A DNA stretch of 64,000 nt from Caulobacteraceae bacterium (GTDB lineage: Bacteria > Pseudomonadota > Alphaproteobacteria > Caulobacterales > Caulobacteraceae), in contig DASVMY010000084.1 in the NCBI GenBank assembly GCA_036384135.1, forward strand, positions 45,526 to 109,525, in the 5' to 3' direction. The position numbers and the translations under genes are program-made. Shown here piece after piece: positions 21,048 through 31,219 of this stretch (its first letter is position 1; every line of letters starts with the position of its first letter). The notes beneath the pieces are model-generated. The model searched no databases and was not told where the DNA came from. It saw only the letters and a list, made by a program, of their open reading frames with translations.

Positions 21048-22112
21048 TTAGAACGTCGTCCGCCCCGCCCTCACCCGCTCCGCCTTGGCGGAGATCACCG
21101 CGCTGAAGGCGGCGGCGCCTCGCCCTACGACCACCAGGCTGTCGCCGGCCGCGATCGGGCTTTCTGGAGGTGGGCGGGTGACGACGTCGCCGTTGGCGCG
21201 GGTGATCTCAACCACGAACATGCTGCCGCGCGCCCGGGCCTCAAGGTCCGCCACCGTCTGGCCTACGGCGGCGCTCTGGTCGGCCACCACCACGACTTCC
21301 AGCTCCAGTCCGACGTCGCCCAGGGTCTTCTGCACGTCGCGCAGGCGGTCCGAAGCCTGGAGGGCGCGGGCGGTCTCTGGAAACAGGATGATGTCGGCAA
21401 TCCGTTCGGCGCCGATGTGGGTGGGCATCACCACCTTGTTCGCCCCCGCCTGGATCAGCTTGTTCTCGGTGGAGGGCGCCTCGCCGCGGGCGATGATCTG
21501 GAGCTTCGGGTTCAGGCTGCGGGCGCTCAGGGTGATGAATACATTGGCAGCGTCGTTGGGCAGGACGGTGGCCAGCACCCCGGCCCGCTCCACCCCGGCG
21601 GCCCTCAGCGCATCCTCGTCGGTGGCGTCGCCCTGGATGCACAGGTGGCCGGCCTCTCGCGCCTCGGCCAGCTTGCGCTCATCCCGCTCCAGCACCACCA
21701 GGGGCGATCCCGCCACCGCCAGGGCCTTGGCCAGCATCACCCCGATTCGGCCGTAGCCGCAGACGATGACGTGACCCTTCAGCTTGTCGATCTCGCCCTT
21801 CACGCGGCTGGCTCCCATCAGTTGTCGGATTTCGGAAAGGGTGAAGACCTGCACCAGGGCGCCGGTCACCAGGATCATGCCGGTGCAGCCCAGCACCATG
21901 GTCCCCATGGTGACGGCGTGCAGGTACGGGGTGTTGATCGGATGCACCTCGCCGTAGCCCACCGTGTAGACAGTCAGCACGACCATGTAGATGGCGTCGC
22001 CGAAGCTCCAGCCGGCGCCCATGTAGGCGGTCGTGGAAATCGCCACGACCACCAGCACGAACAGGACGATCGAAGCGAGGTTGCGCAGGGGTGAGGCCAG
22101 CAGGCGGTACAT
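21048..22112 (-). CDS. 2-TM potassium channel with RCK (TrkA-N and TrkA-C) domains
   Basis: TVGYG selectivity filter, GYGRIG Rossmann motif, GDAT and NVFITLSAR. Start placed at MYRLLAS. Confidence 0.9.
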   Translation of the reverse strand: MYRLLASPLRNLASIVLFVLVVVAISTTAYMGAGWSFGDAIYMVVLTVYTVGYGEVHPINTPYLHAVTMGTMVLGCTGMILVTGALVQVFTLSEIRQLMGASRVKGEIDKLKGHVIVCGYGRIGVMLAKALAVAGSPLVVLERDERKLAEAREAGHLCIQGDATDEDALRAAGVERAGVLATVLPNDAANVFITLSARSLNPKLQIIARGEAPSTENKLIQAGANKVVMPTHIGAERIADIILFPETARALQASDRLRDVQKTLGDVGLELEVVVVADQSAAVGQTVADLEARARGSMFVVEITRANGDVVTRPPPESPIAAGDSLVVVGRGAAAFSAVISAKAERVRAGRTTF

Positions 22113-22198
22113 CGCGACGGCCCTCCAGCCTCCCTTGTCCGGCGCCAAGCTTAACCTGCATCAGGCCCCGCACTGCAAGACGATGACGCTGGGCGTTC

Positions 22199-22816
22199 CT
22201 AGTCGGGGAAAGTCTCCAGGTCCGCCACGCCGCTCACCGTCACGCCCAGGTCGTTCACCAGCCCGGTGTGCAGGGAATAGACCCAGCCGTGCACGCACAA
22301 GTCCTGTCCCCTCCCCCAGGCGTCCTGCACGAACACATCGGAGGCGACATTGCGCACCTGGCGGATCACGTTCAACTCGCACAGCCGATCCAGGCGTTCG
22401 CGCGCGCCGGGCGCGGCGGAAAGCTCGTGCCGATGGTCATGCGCCACCTCGCGGATCGGGTGCAGCCAGTGGTCCACGAGCCCCCGCCGCTGGCCGTCCA
22501 CCGCCGCGGCGATCCCCCCGCAGCCATAGTGGCCCACCACCAGGATGTGCTTCACCTTCAGCACGTCCACCGCGAACTGCAGCACCGACAGGTAGTTGGC
22601 GTCCTGCGGCGGGGCCAGGTTGGCGACGTTGCGATGGACGAAAAGCTCGCCCGGATCCAGGTCGACGATCTCATTGGCCGGCACCCGGCTGTCGGAACAG
22701 CCGATCCACAGATATTCCGGGGCCTGCTGGCCTTCCAGCCGGCGGAAGAAGCCGGGATCCGCCGCGACCTTCTTCGCCGCCCAGTCCCGGTTGTTCTTCT
22801 TCAGGTCGTCGAGCAT
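22199..22816 (-). CDS. can: Beta-class carbonic anhydrase
   Basis: GCSDSRVP, FVHRNVAN and GHYGCGG motifs. Confidence 0.93.
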   Translation of the reverse strand: MLDDLKKNNRDWAAKKVAADPGFFRRLEGQQAPEYLWIGCSDSRVPANEIVDLDPGELFVHRNVANLAPPQDANYLSVLQFAVDVLKVKHILVVGHYGCGGIAAAVDGQRRGLVDHWLHPIREVAHDHRHELSAAPGARERLDRLCELNVIRQVRNVASDVFVQDAWGRGQDLCVHGWVYSLHTGLVNDLGVTVSGVADLETFPD

Positions 22817-23020
22817 GTCTCGTCTCCGGTCGCAGCCGCCGCCTTAGGCCCCAAGCGTCGCCTCCGGCAACCCCTGCCGTTGCGGCGCCCCGCAAACCAG
22901 CCAGGCCGACCTGACCTGACGTCATGACGGGTTCCGTTTGATCTGGCCACGGCGCGCCTCTACTCATCCGTGAGGGGGGCGGCGCCCGGGTCGATTTTGC
23001 AGAGGGCGCGGGCGCGGGGG

Positions 23021-24550
23021 ATGGCTTCAGCACAGGACATCGCCAACCGGGTTCCCATCACCGCCGCCATGATCCTGGCGACCCTGATGAACACCCTGGA
23101 TTCCACCATCGCCAACGTCGCCCTGCCGCACATCCAGGGCAGCGTTTCGGCGGCCCAGGATCAGATCACCTGGGTGCTGACCTCCTACATCATCGCCACG
23201 GCGATCATGACGCCCCTGTCCGGCTGGCTGTCGCAGAAGTTCGGGCGAAAGCGGATGTTCCTGCTTTCGATCGCCGGCTTCACCGCGGCGTCGATGTTGT
23301 GCGGCATCGCCACCAGCCTGCCCGAGATCGTCGCCTTCCGGCTGCTGCAGGGCATCGCCGGCGCAACGATGATGCCGCTGTCCCAGAACATCATCCTGGA
23401 CATCTTCCCGCTCCAGCGCGTGCCCCAGGTGATGGCGGTCTGGAGCGCCGCGATCATCCTGGGACCCATCGTGGGGCCGGCCCTGGGCGGCTGGCTGACC
23501 CAGAACTACTCCTGGCGGTGGGTCTTCTACATCAACGTACCCATCGGAGGCCTGGCGTTCGCGGGACTCTACATGTTCATGGACCGCGACGAGGGGGGGC
23601 GGCAGAGACCGTTCGACTTCCTGGGCTTCGGCGCCCTGGTGCTTTTCGTCGGCGCCTTCCAGTTGATGATGGACCGGGGGCCGAGCCAGGACTGGTTCCA
23701 CTCCAAGGAAATCTGGACCGAATGCGCGCTGGGCGCCACGGGCCTGTGGATGTTCATCGTCCAGACGGTGACCGCCGAGCACCCTTTCTTCCACCGGGAC
23801 CTGGCCAAGGACGCCAATTTCGTGGGCACCACGGTGTTCGGTTTCTTCGTCGGCGCCCTGCTGTTCTCGATCTCGGCGCTGCTGCCCTCGCTGATGCAGA
23901 ACCTGCTGGGCTATTCGGTGCTGGAGAGCGGCTTGGCCAGCATGCCGCGCGGTCTTGGCTCCCTCTCGGCCTTCCTCTTGGTCCCCTTCCTGTTGCGGCT
24001 GTTCGGGCCACGCAAGCTACTGACCGCCGGCCTCGCCGTCAGCCTTCTGGCGGTCTGGATGATGAGCCACTTCGACCTCAGCATGACCTCCGCGCCGATC
24101 ATGCTCTCGGGGCTGGTGCAGGGGCTTGGCATCGGCCTGCTCTTCGCGCCGCTGACCTCGCTGGCGTATGTGACCCTGAACCCGGCCCACCGTACGGAAG
24201 GCACCATCGTCTCGACCATGGCCCGCAGCCTGGGCTCAAGCGTCGGCATCTCGATGATGCAGGCGATGCTGATCCAGCATGGGGCGGTGGCCCACGCGGC
24301 CCTCGCCGGCAACATCATCCCCGGCGATCCGGTGGTCCGCGCCGGCCTACCCGCCTTCATGAACCCGGCCACCGACCTTGGCCTGCAGACCCTGAACGCC
24401 GAGATCACCCGGCAGGGCGCAATGATCGGCTACGACTGGGTGTTCGGCCTGATCTTCGTTGTCACCATCGCCCTGTTCCCTCTGCTCCTGATCCTGCGCC
24501 CGCCCGCGGCCCAGGCTGCGATGGGGCCCATCGAGGCGTCGCACGACTGA
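23021..24550 (+). CDS. DHA2 (EmrB/QacA) family MFS efflux transporter
   Basis: LDSTIANVALPHIQG, WVLTSY, FRLLQG and WRWVFYINVPIG motifs; about 14 TM segments. Confidence 0.92.
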   Translation: MASAQDIANRVPITAAMILATLMNTLDSTIANVALPHIQGSVSAAQDQITWVLTSYIIATAIMTPLSGWLSQKFGRKRMFLLSIAGFTAASMLCGIATSLPEIVAFRLLQGIAGATMMPLSQNIILDIFPLQRVPQVMAVWSAAIILGPIVGPALGGWLTQNYSWRWVFYINVPIGGLAFAGLYMFMDRDEGGRQRPFDFLGFGALVLFVGAFQLMMDRGPSQDWFHSKEIWTECALGATGLWMFIVQTVTAEHPFFHRDLAKDANFVGTTVFGFFVGALLFSISALLPSLMQNLLGYSVLESGLASMPRGLGSLSAFLLVPFLLRLFGPRKLLTAGLAVSLLAVWMMSHFDLSMTSAPIMLSGLVQGLGIGLLFAPLTSLAYVTLNPAHRTEGTIVSTMARSLGSSVGISMMQAMLIQHGAVAHAALAGNIIPGDPVVRAGLPAFMNPATDLGLQTLNAEITRQGAMIGYDWVFGLIFVVTIALFPLLLILRPPAAQAAMGPIEASHD

Positions 24551-24558
24551 TACGCCGA

Positions 24559-25650
24559 TCAGTCAGCCATCAGCCCCGCGACAGCCTGGCGGCAGACCAG
24601 CATGGACTGACCGGCGACCATACCCTTCCAGTCGTCGGCGTCGCCGTAGAAGGCGTCGCGGATCTGGGCCTTGATGGCGCTGGCTTCCGGCCCCGTGGGG
24701 TCGCCGTGGGCATGCAGCCAGTTGTCGGCCCGCAGGGCGTTGCGCACCTTGGACATCGACTGGGTGCCGACTTCCAGGGCCATGCCGGTGACCTGCGCAT
24801 GCGGCAAGAGAGCGGCGGCGGCGGTGAGGCCGTCCCCGACGATGTCGGCGGAGGTGGACGTGCCGCCCATGGGCGAGGTGATCGCCGCGCCGTACCAGCG
24901 GCCGGCGCGGGCGAAGGCGGCGCTGTCGGGGCGCTCGACGACGATCTGCTCGCCAAAGCCCCAAGGTCCCAGGCCGGTGTGGAAATCGATGACCGCGACC
25001 TTGCCCGCCTGGCGCAGGTGTTCCTGGTAGATCGCCGTCTGGGTCCGACGCGGCCAGGTGGCTCCGGCTCCGCCGTAGAACAGGCCGTCGGCGTGGGCGT
25101 ATTGCCCACGGCTCATGGCGTCTCGCAGCATCAGCTCGCCATGCTCGGCCGCGAACCGGCGCAGGGCGGCCTCCGACTCGGCCTGGGTCTCGGGGCTCCA
25201 GTCGGCGGGACAGAATACCTCGTGCAGGGCGTCATACGCCGGGTTGGCGGGCGCGCCGTGGCCGAAGTCGATCCAGTTGCGGTTGAGGTCGACGTTGTCC
25301 TCGGTAACCCGGCGCAGCCAGGCGAAGCCGTAGGGATTGACCGCGTGGACCATCATCACCGCCAGGCCCGGCGGCAGGCGGGCCGCTTCTCCGCGCGCCA
25401 GCCAGTGAACCTGGGCGCCCGAACCGCAAAAGCCCTCCACCCCATGGGTGCCCGACAGCATCACCAGCACCCGCCCGGCGTCGCGGGGACCGAACCAGGC
25501 GATGTCGGTGGTCAGCTCACCGCCGTCCGGGCCGCGGTTGGGATTGACGGCAGCGTCCAGCGCGCCGCCGGCCGCCCCGGCCGCCTCGCGGAACTTGGCC
25601 CGGGCCTCGGGGTAGTCATGGCTGAAACTGTCGGCGCAATTGAAGGCCAT
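24559..25650 (-). CDS. M14-type zinc carboxypeptidase-like protein (DUF2817-like)
   Basis: SGTHGVEG (HxxE), VNPYG, DLNRN and DFHTG motifs. Confidence 0.8.
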   Translation of the reverse strand: MAFNCADSFSHDYPEARAKFREAAGAAGGALDAAVNPNRGPDGGELTTDIAWFGPRDAGRVLVMLSGTHGVEGFCGSGAQVHWLARGEAARLPPGLAVMMVHAVNPYGFAWLRRVTEDNVDLNRNWIDFGHGAPANPAYDALHEVFCPADWSPETQAESEAALRRFAAEHGELMLRDAMSRGQYAHADGLFYGGAGATWPRRTQTAIYQEHLRQAGKVAVIDFHTGLGPWGFGEQIVVERPDSAAFARAGRWYGAAITSPMGGTSTSADIVGDGLTAAAALLPHAQVTGMALEVGTQSMSKVRNALRADNWLHAHGDPTGPEASAIKAQIRDAFYGDADDWKGMVAGQSMLVCRQAVAGLMAD

Positions 25651-25778
25651 GAGCGAGACTCCCTGGAACGGAGCGCCACCTTAGCCATGGCGCGGCCAGG
25701 GTCCACTGGCGCCGCTGCGCATGATCGGGCAGTCTGGGTCGGCTCGACTGCGCGATGGATTGCGGCAAGGGGACGGCA

Positions 25779-26441
25779 ATGACTTTGAAGGTGATCGGGA
25801 CCGGCCTTGGCCGAACCGGGACGATGTCCCTCAAACTGGCGCTGGAGCAACTCGGACTCGGCCCCTGCCACCACATGGTGGAGGTGTTCATGCATCCGCA
25901 GAGCATGCCCCAGTGGGTGGCGGCGGGCCAGGGCAAGCCCGACTGGGAAGCAATTTGCGAGGGCTACGTCTCGATGGTGGACCATCCCGGCTGCAAGTTC
26001 TGGCGGGAGCTGATGGACTACTATCCGGACGCCAAGCTGATCCACACCGTGCGCGACCCGAACCGCTGGTTCGATTCCACCCAGGCGACGATCTTTGGGC
26101 CGGACTCCCCTGCGGTGGAACCGGCCGAGCCGATGCGCGAGTTCTTCAACATGGTGCTGGAGGAGTACGAGGGTCGCCAGAACGACCGTGACTACATGCT
26201 GGAGCATTTCCAGCGCCACACCGACGACGTCCTGGCCACGGTCCCGCCGGAACGGCTGCTGGTGTTCGAGGCGGGCCAGGGCTGGGAGCCCCTGTGCGCC
26301 TTCCTGGGCGTATCGGTCCCAGGTACGCCCTACCCGCACGAGAACTCCACCGCCGATTTCCAAGCCCGGCTGGCGGGCGGACCGCTCAGCCCCGAGCAGG
26401 TCAAGGCGGCCATGGACGCGGCGAGGTCACACGCCAGCTAG
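25779..26441 (+). CDS. Sulfotransferase-family (P-loop-like) protein
   Basis: KVIGTGLGRTGTMSLKLALEQLG, CHHM, GWEPLCAFLG and PYPHEN motifs. Confidence 0.85.
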   Translation: MTLKVIGTGLGRTGTMSLKLALEQLGLGPCHHMVEVFMHPQSMPQWVAAGQGKPDWEAICEGYVSMVDHPGCKFWRELMDYYPDAKLIHTVRDPNRWFDSTQATIFGPDSPAVEPAEPMREFFNMVLEEYEGRQNDRDYMLEHFQRHTDDVLATVPPERLLVFEAGQGWEPLCAFLGVSVPGTPYPHENSTADFQARLAGGPLSPEQVKAAMDAARSHAS

Positions 26442-26445
26442 CCAA

Positions 26446-26727
26446 CTAGTGGCCCGACGCCCATGACTGCAGGCTCTGTTTCAGCAGCATGCCCTCCTCC
26501 TTCAGCTGTTCGGCCAGGTCCGAGAGACGGCCACGCGGCGCCTTTTCGATTTCGCCCAGGCGCATTCGCAGCTCATCACGCTGGCGCTTGAGCACGGCGA
26601 GATTGCCGGCCGCTTTGACCTTGGCCCCGGCCTCGCCTTCGGCCAGATCATGCTCGGCCTGCATCACCCGTTCGTCCGCATCGGCCAGGAGGTGGACGGT
26701 CTCGGTTTTCAGGCTGTCGATGGACAT
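26446..26727 (-). CDS. Small coiled-coil hypothetical protein (93 aa)
   Basis: Heptad-like helical sequence MSIDSLKT...WASGH with an ECF promoter-like motif upstream. Confidence 0.6.
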   Translation of the reverse strand: MSIDSLKTETVHLLADADERVMQAEHDLAEGEAGAKVKAAGNLAVLKRQRDELRMRLGEIEKAPRGRLSDLAEQLKEEGMLLKQSLQSWASGH

Positions 26728-26785
26728 GGCTGCAGGGCTCCTCGCACGCACGCCGCCAACGCCGCGGCGCCAACTATGCCTTCAG

Positions 26786-26811
26786 AACGCACACGCCACG
26801 GCGAAGGTTGC
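26786..26811 (-). promoter_or_regulatory. EcfG/sigma-T-like promoter motif
   Basis: GCAAC-N17-CGTT on the minus strand, one mismatch to GGAAC. Confidence 0.45.
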
Positions 26812-26849
26812 GATGTCTGGCCCGGTTTTGGAAATGCGGCGCCGTGTAA

Positions 26850-26926
26850 TGGCGCGCCCAGCAGGACTCGAACCTGCAACCGCCCGCTTAGAAGGCGGGT
26901 GCTCTATCCAATTGAGCTATGGGCGC
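26850..26926 (-). tRNA. tRNA-Arg (TCT)
   Basis: GCGCCCA...TGGGCGC-GCCA with anticodon arm CCCGC-CTTCTAA-GCGGG. Confidence 0.97.
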
Positions 26927-26951
26927 GTTAGCCAATGCCGATCGTCCTGGC

Positions 26952-27257
26952 CTAATGGGTCCAGGGTTGCTTGCGGCCGAAGGCGAAGTTGTCGGCATAG
27001 GCCTTGACGATGCGCTTGGGGGACTTCTCCGCCACGACCTCGAAGGGGATGCCGTGTTTCTGGGCGTAGGCGACGGCCTCTTCCCGGATCTCGAACTGCA
27101 GGCGAACCTGGCCGTTCATGTCACCGGTCACGGTCCAGCCCATCAAAGGGTCGGACGCCCGCGCGGCGGCCGGAGCGAACTCCAGCACCCACAGGTAGGT
27201 CTTGGCCTTGCCCGACTGCATCGCGGTCTTGGCGGGGCGAAAGATACGCGCGAGCAT
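26952..27257 (-). CDS. ETC complex I subunit (NDUFS4/NUYM-like)
   Basis: [29 protein letters not shown] and YADNF motifs. Confidence 0.88.
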   Translation of the reverse strand: MLARIFRPAKTAMQSGKAKTYLWVLEFAPAAARASDPLMGWTVTGDMNGQVRLQFEIREEAVAYAQKHGIPFEVVAEKSPKRIVKAYADNFAFGRKQPWTH

Positions 27258-27285
27258 GGCGGCGGCTCCAAAACGAACGGTCCAA

Positions 27286-27362
27286 TGGTCGGGGCGGCAA
27301 GATTCGAACTTGCGACCCTCTGCTCCCAAAGCAGATGCGCTACCAGGCTGCGCTACGCCCCG
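27286..27362 (-). tRNA. tRNA-Pro (TGG)
   Basis: CGGGGCG...CGCCCCG-ACCA with anticodon arm TCTGC-TTTGGGA-GCAGA. Confidence 0.97.
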
Positions 27363-27422
27363 CGGCCATTGGAGGACGCCCCTCTTGCCACGCGTCGCGG
27401 CGGTGGGCAACGGCGCGACACA

Positions 27423-27845
27423 TCAGCGGCGGCGCATCAGCTTGAAGACGCCGGTGGCGCGGGCCAGATCGCGGCCGCCCACGTGGGCGCGGCCCTCCAC
27501 GAAAGCGATATCGCGAGCCGCCCGGGTCAGGCGCGCCTCTCCCAGCACCCAGTCCCCCGCCCGGCCCATATCCAGGTAGTCCACCGACAGGTGGATGGTC
27601 ACAGGCACCCCGCCGGCTCCGCGCGCCGCCGCCCCGGCCAACAGCCCATCCAGGAAGGCGGACAGCATGCCGCCGTGGATCAGGCCGACGCCGTTGCAGT
27701 GGCGCTTGAGGGCGAAGAAAGCCTGCTCCGCGCCGGTCTCGGTAGGACGATAGAAGTAGGGGCCGTTGTGGGTGGTGAAGGCGCCCCGACCGCTGGCGGG
27801 GATGAAGCCGGGCGGTGGAGGCGGGATCGCCTCGTCTTCGGTCAC
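27423..27845 (-). CDS. PaaI-family (hotdog fold) thioesterase
   Basis: [18 protein letters not shown] and TIHLSVDYL motifs. GTG start overlaps the upstream stop. Confidence 0.85.
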   Translation of the reverse strand: MTEDEAIPPPPPGFIPASGRGAFTTHNGPYFYRPTETGAEQAFFALKRHCNGVGLIHGGMLSAFLDGLLAGAAARGAGGVPVTIHLSVDYLDMGRAGDWVLGEARLTRAARDIAFVEGRAHVGGRDLARATGVFKLMRRR

Positions 27846-28363
27846 GGGTGGAAGATCCGCTGACGCACCCGGTCCCCCGGCGCGGCGCCAAGCTCCGCGG
27901 CGCGGCCGCCCCGCAGTTCCAACACACCGACGACAGCGCCGCCCGAAGGGATCGGCGTTTCGTTCTCCGGCGTGGCGTTGCGGGCGATGGAGACCACGCG
28001 GCCGTCCTTGGCGATGAACAGCATGTCCAGGGGGATGATGGTGTTCCGCATCCAGAAGGAAACCTGCTGGGGCGTCTTGAAGTCGAACAGCATGCCGCCG
28101 TTGCCGGGCACGACGGTGCGGCACATCAGGCCGGTCTCACGCGTGCCTTCGGTGTCGGCCATCTCGACCCACAGTCGATAGTGTCCCCTGGCCGTCTTGA
28201 TCTGCAGCGGTTCGGTTCTCAATGGCTTTTGGCCCGCCGTGCATGGCGTGCCGTCCGACAGCGTCGGGGAACTGGCGGCGTGGACGCTGCCGGCCAGAAA
28301 CAGTGCGCCCAGCGCCAGACCAAGCGAAAGCCGCCAGCGACCGGCGGTTATGAAATCCTGCAC
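27842..28363 (-). CDS. DUF192 family exported protein
   Basis: Signal peptide, GLM, GGMLFDF, FWMRNTIIPLDMLFI and VLELRGG motifs. Confidence 0.88.
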   Translation of the reverse strand: MQDFITAGRWRLSLGLALGALFLAGSVHAASSPTLSDGTPCTAGQKPLRTEPLQIKTARGHYRLWVEMADTEGTRETGLMCRTVVPGNGGMLFDFKTPQQVSFWMRNTIIPLDMLFIAKDGRVVSIARNATPENETPIPSGGAVVGVLELRGGRAAELGAAPGDRVRQRIFHP

Positions 28364-28402
28364 GCTTGAGAAACTCCGAGACCGTGAAAAAGCCGCCCCC
28401 GC

Positions 28403-29102
<700 letters not shown>

Positions 29103-29173
29103 TGTTTCGACCACGCGCCGCGGGCGGCGTGATCATCCGCCGCGGGGGGGCGAAGACGTCGTTTTGGCAAGCC

Positions 29174-29248
29174 TGGCAGTCCCTAGGGGAGTCGAACCCC
29201 TCTCCCCAGATTGAAAATCTGATGTCCTAACCGATAGACGAAGGGACC
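29174..29248 (-). tRNA. tRNA-Glu (TTC)
   Basis: GGTCCCT...AGGGACT-GCCA with anticodon loop TTTTCAA. Confidence 0.95.
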
Positions 29249-29322
29249 CTGGGCAGGCGAGAGCGGGGGATATATCCGCCGGGGTCCGATGATGCAAGGG
29301 GCAGTCGGCTCCTAACTTTGTC

Positions 29323-29374
29323 GGAGCATGTTCAGCAAAAGTGGAAACTGGTTTTTGCGGTTCGAACATGCTCC
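29323..29374. repeat. Palindromic intergenic repeat of a different family
   Basis: GGAGCATGTTC (29323-29333) / GAACATGCTCC (29364-29374) enclosing GCAAAA...TTTTGC. Confidence 0.75.
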
Positions 29375-29401
29375 AAACGCTTGGAGACGGGTCTCCACCC
29401 A

Positions 29402-31201
29402 CTAGGTGGAGACCCTGGGGTCCGCGACATCCTCGATGTCGATTTCCACGCCGTCGCGGCCCTTCCAGTCGTCGAGCTTCAACTTGCCCGCCACATGCAC
29501 CGATCCGCCGCCGGCCAGGAGGCGCTGGCCAAGAGGGGTGTCGCCGGCGCGCCAAGCCACCGCCTTGAGCCGATGGCCCGCGGCGTCCAACAGATCAACC
29601 CGGACGTGGCCGCCGCGCAGGGCCATGGGCCGGTCGAGCCGCACGTCGGCCAAAGCGACGGTGGGTTCGGGATTGCCGGGGCCAAAGGGGGCCAAGGACT
29701 GGAACTCGGCCAGCATGGATTTGGCCGCGCCAGGCGCCACCAGGGCGTCCACATCCACGGCGTCCGCCTCGGTGGCGACGACCATTTCCGCCGACAGGCG
29801 CTCACAGAGAAAGTCGCGGAACTCCGGCAGGGACGACGGCCGGATGGTCAGGCCGGCCGCCATGGCGTGTCCGCCCCCCGCCAGCAGCAGCCCCTCGTCG
29901 AAGGCCGCCTGCACCGCCCGCCCCAGGTTCACGCCCGTCTGGGAGCGCCCCGAGCCCTTGCCGATGTCGGCGGCGCGGTCCAGGCCGATAACGATCACCG
30001 GGCGGCGGTAGCGCTCCCGTAGGCGGCTGGCGACAATACCCACGACGCCGGGATGCCAGTCCTCCGCCGCCACCACGATGGCCGGGGCGTCGGGATCGAA
30101 GTTGCTGGCCGATTCGATGGCGGCGATGGCTTCATCGTGGATACGGCGTTCGACATCCTTGCGCTGGGCGTTGAGGGCGTCGAGCTCGATGGCCAGAGCC
30201 CTCGCCTCCTCCGGATCGTCCGTGGAGAGCAGCCGCGCACCCAGGTCCGAGCGCCCGATCCGCCCGCCGGCGTTGATCCGCGGTCCCAGGACGAAGCCGG
30301 CGGTGAACACTTCGGCGGGGCCCTTGGCGCCGGCCACCTCCATCAGGGCGGCCAAGCCCGGATTGGCGAAGGCGGACATCACCTTCAGGCCCTGGGTGGC
30401 GATGGCGCGGTTGAAGCCGACCAGCTGGGTGACGTCGCAGATGGCGCCCAGCGCCGCCAAATCCAGCCATTGGCGCAGGTCCGGCTCCGGCCGGTTCGCG
30501 AACAGCCCGCGCACGCGCGCTTCGCGGTTCAGCGCCGCCAGCAGCACGAAGGTGACCCCCGCCGCAGCGAGCACCCCCTGGCCGGAGGCGCAGTCGGGGC
30601 GGTTGGGGTTCACCAGGGCGGCCACCGTGGGGATGGTCTCGCGCATCAGGTGATGGTCGATGACCACCAGCTCCAACCCGATCTCGGCGGCGGCGGCAAT
30701 GGCGTCATAAGCGGCCGCGCCGCAGTCGACGGTGACCACCAGCTTGGCGCCGTCGGCATGGAGATGGCGGAAGGCGGCGGGGCTGGGGCCATAGCCCTCG
30801 GTCATGCGGTCGGGGACGTAGACCGGCAGGTCCTTGCCCATGGTCCGGAACCAGCGGATCAGCTGGGCGGCGCTGGAAGCGCCATCGACGTCGTAGTCGG
30901 CGAAGACCACCACCGGGGTGTCGGCCAACAGCGCGTCCACCAGCTTGGTGGCGGCGCGGTCCATGTCCGCGAAGCTTGAGGGGTCTGGGAATAGGGCCTT
31001 GAGCGTCGGGCGCAGGAATGTCTCGCCGTCCTCCGCCGCCACGCCGCGCGAGGCCATGGCGCGGGCCATAGGTTCGGAAAGGCCCAGCCGGGCCTGGTGC
31101 GCGCGGACGATGGACGGATCGGAGGGCCGCTCGCGCCAGCGCCGTCCTGTCAGGGAGCGTGTGACTCCAAGAAAGCCGGACGGGACGGCGCCGTCAGCCA
31201 T
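29402..31201 (-). CDS. recJ: Single-stranded-DNA-specific exonuclease RecJ
   Basis: DYDVDG, TVDCG, DHH, PRINAGGR and GSGRS motifs. Confidence 0.96.
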   Translation of the reverse strand: MADGAVPSGFLGVTRSLTGRRWRERPSDPSIVRAHQARLGLSEPMARAMASRGVAAEDGETFLRPTLKALFPDPSSFADMDRAATKLVDALLADTPVVVFADYDVDGASSAAQLIRWFRTMGKDLPVYVPDRMTEGYGPSPAAFRHLHADGAKLVVTVDCGAAAYDAIAAAAEIGLELVVIDHHLMRETIPTVAALVNPNRPDCASGQGVLAAAGVTFVLLAALNREARVRGLFANRPEPDLRQWLDLAALGAICDVTQLVGFNRAIATQGLKVMSAFANPGLAALMEVAGAKGPAEVFTAGFVLGPRINAGGRIGRSDLGARLLSTDDPEEARALAIELDALNAQRKDVERRIHDEAIAAIESASNFDPDAPAIVVAAEDWHPGVVGIVASRLRERYRRPVIVIGLDRAADIGKGSGRSQTGVNLGRAVQAAFDEGLLLAGGGHAMAAGLTIRPSSLPEFRDFLCERLSAEMVVATEADAVDVDALVAPGAAKSMLAEFQSLAPFGPGNPEPTVALADVRLDRPMALRGGHVRVDLLDAAGHRLKAVAWRAGDTPLGQRLLAGGGSVHVAGKLKLDDWKGRDGVEIDIEDVADPRVST

Positions 31202-31219
31202 GGTCCACGCCCGGGGGCA

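Noticed and set aside
23299-25782. 827-aa plus-strand ORF spanning the MFS and DUF2817-like genes
   Set aside because: It is an Arg/Pro/Gly-rich alternative frame of the transporter that runs antisense through the next gene; not protein-like.
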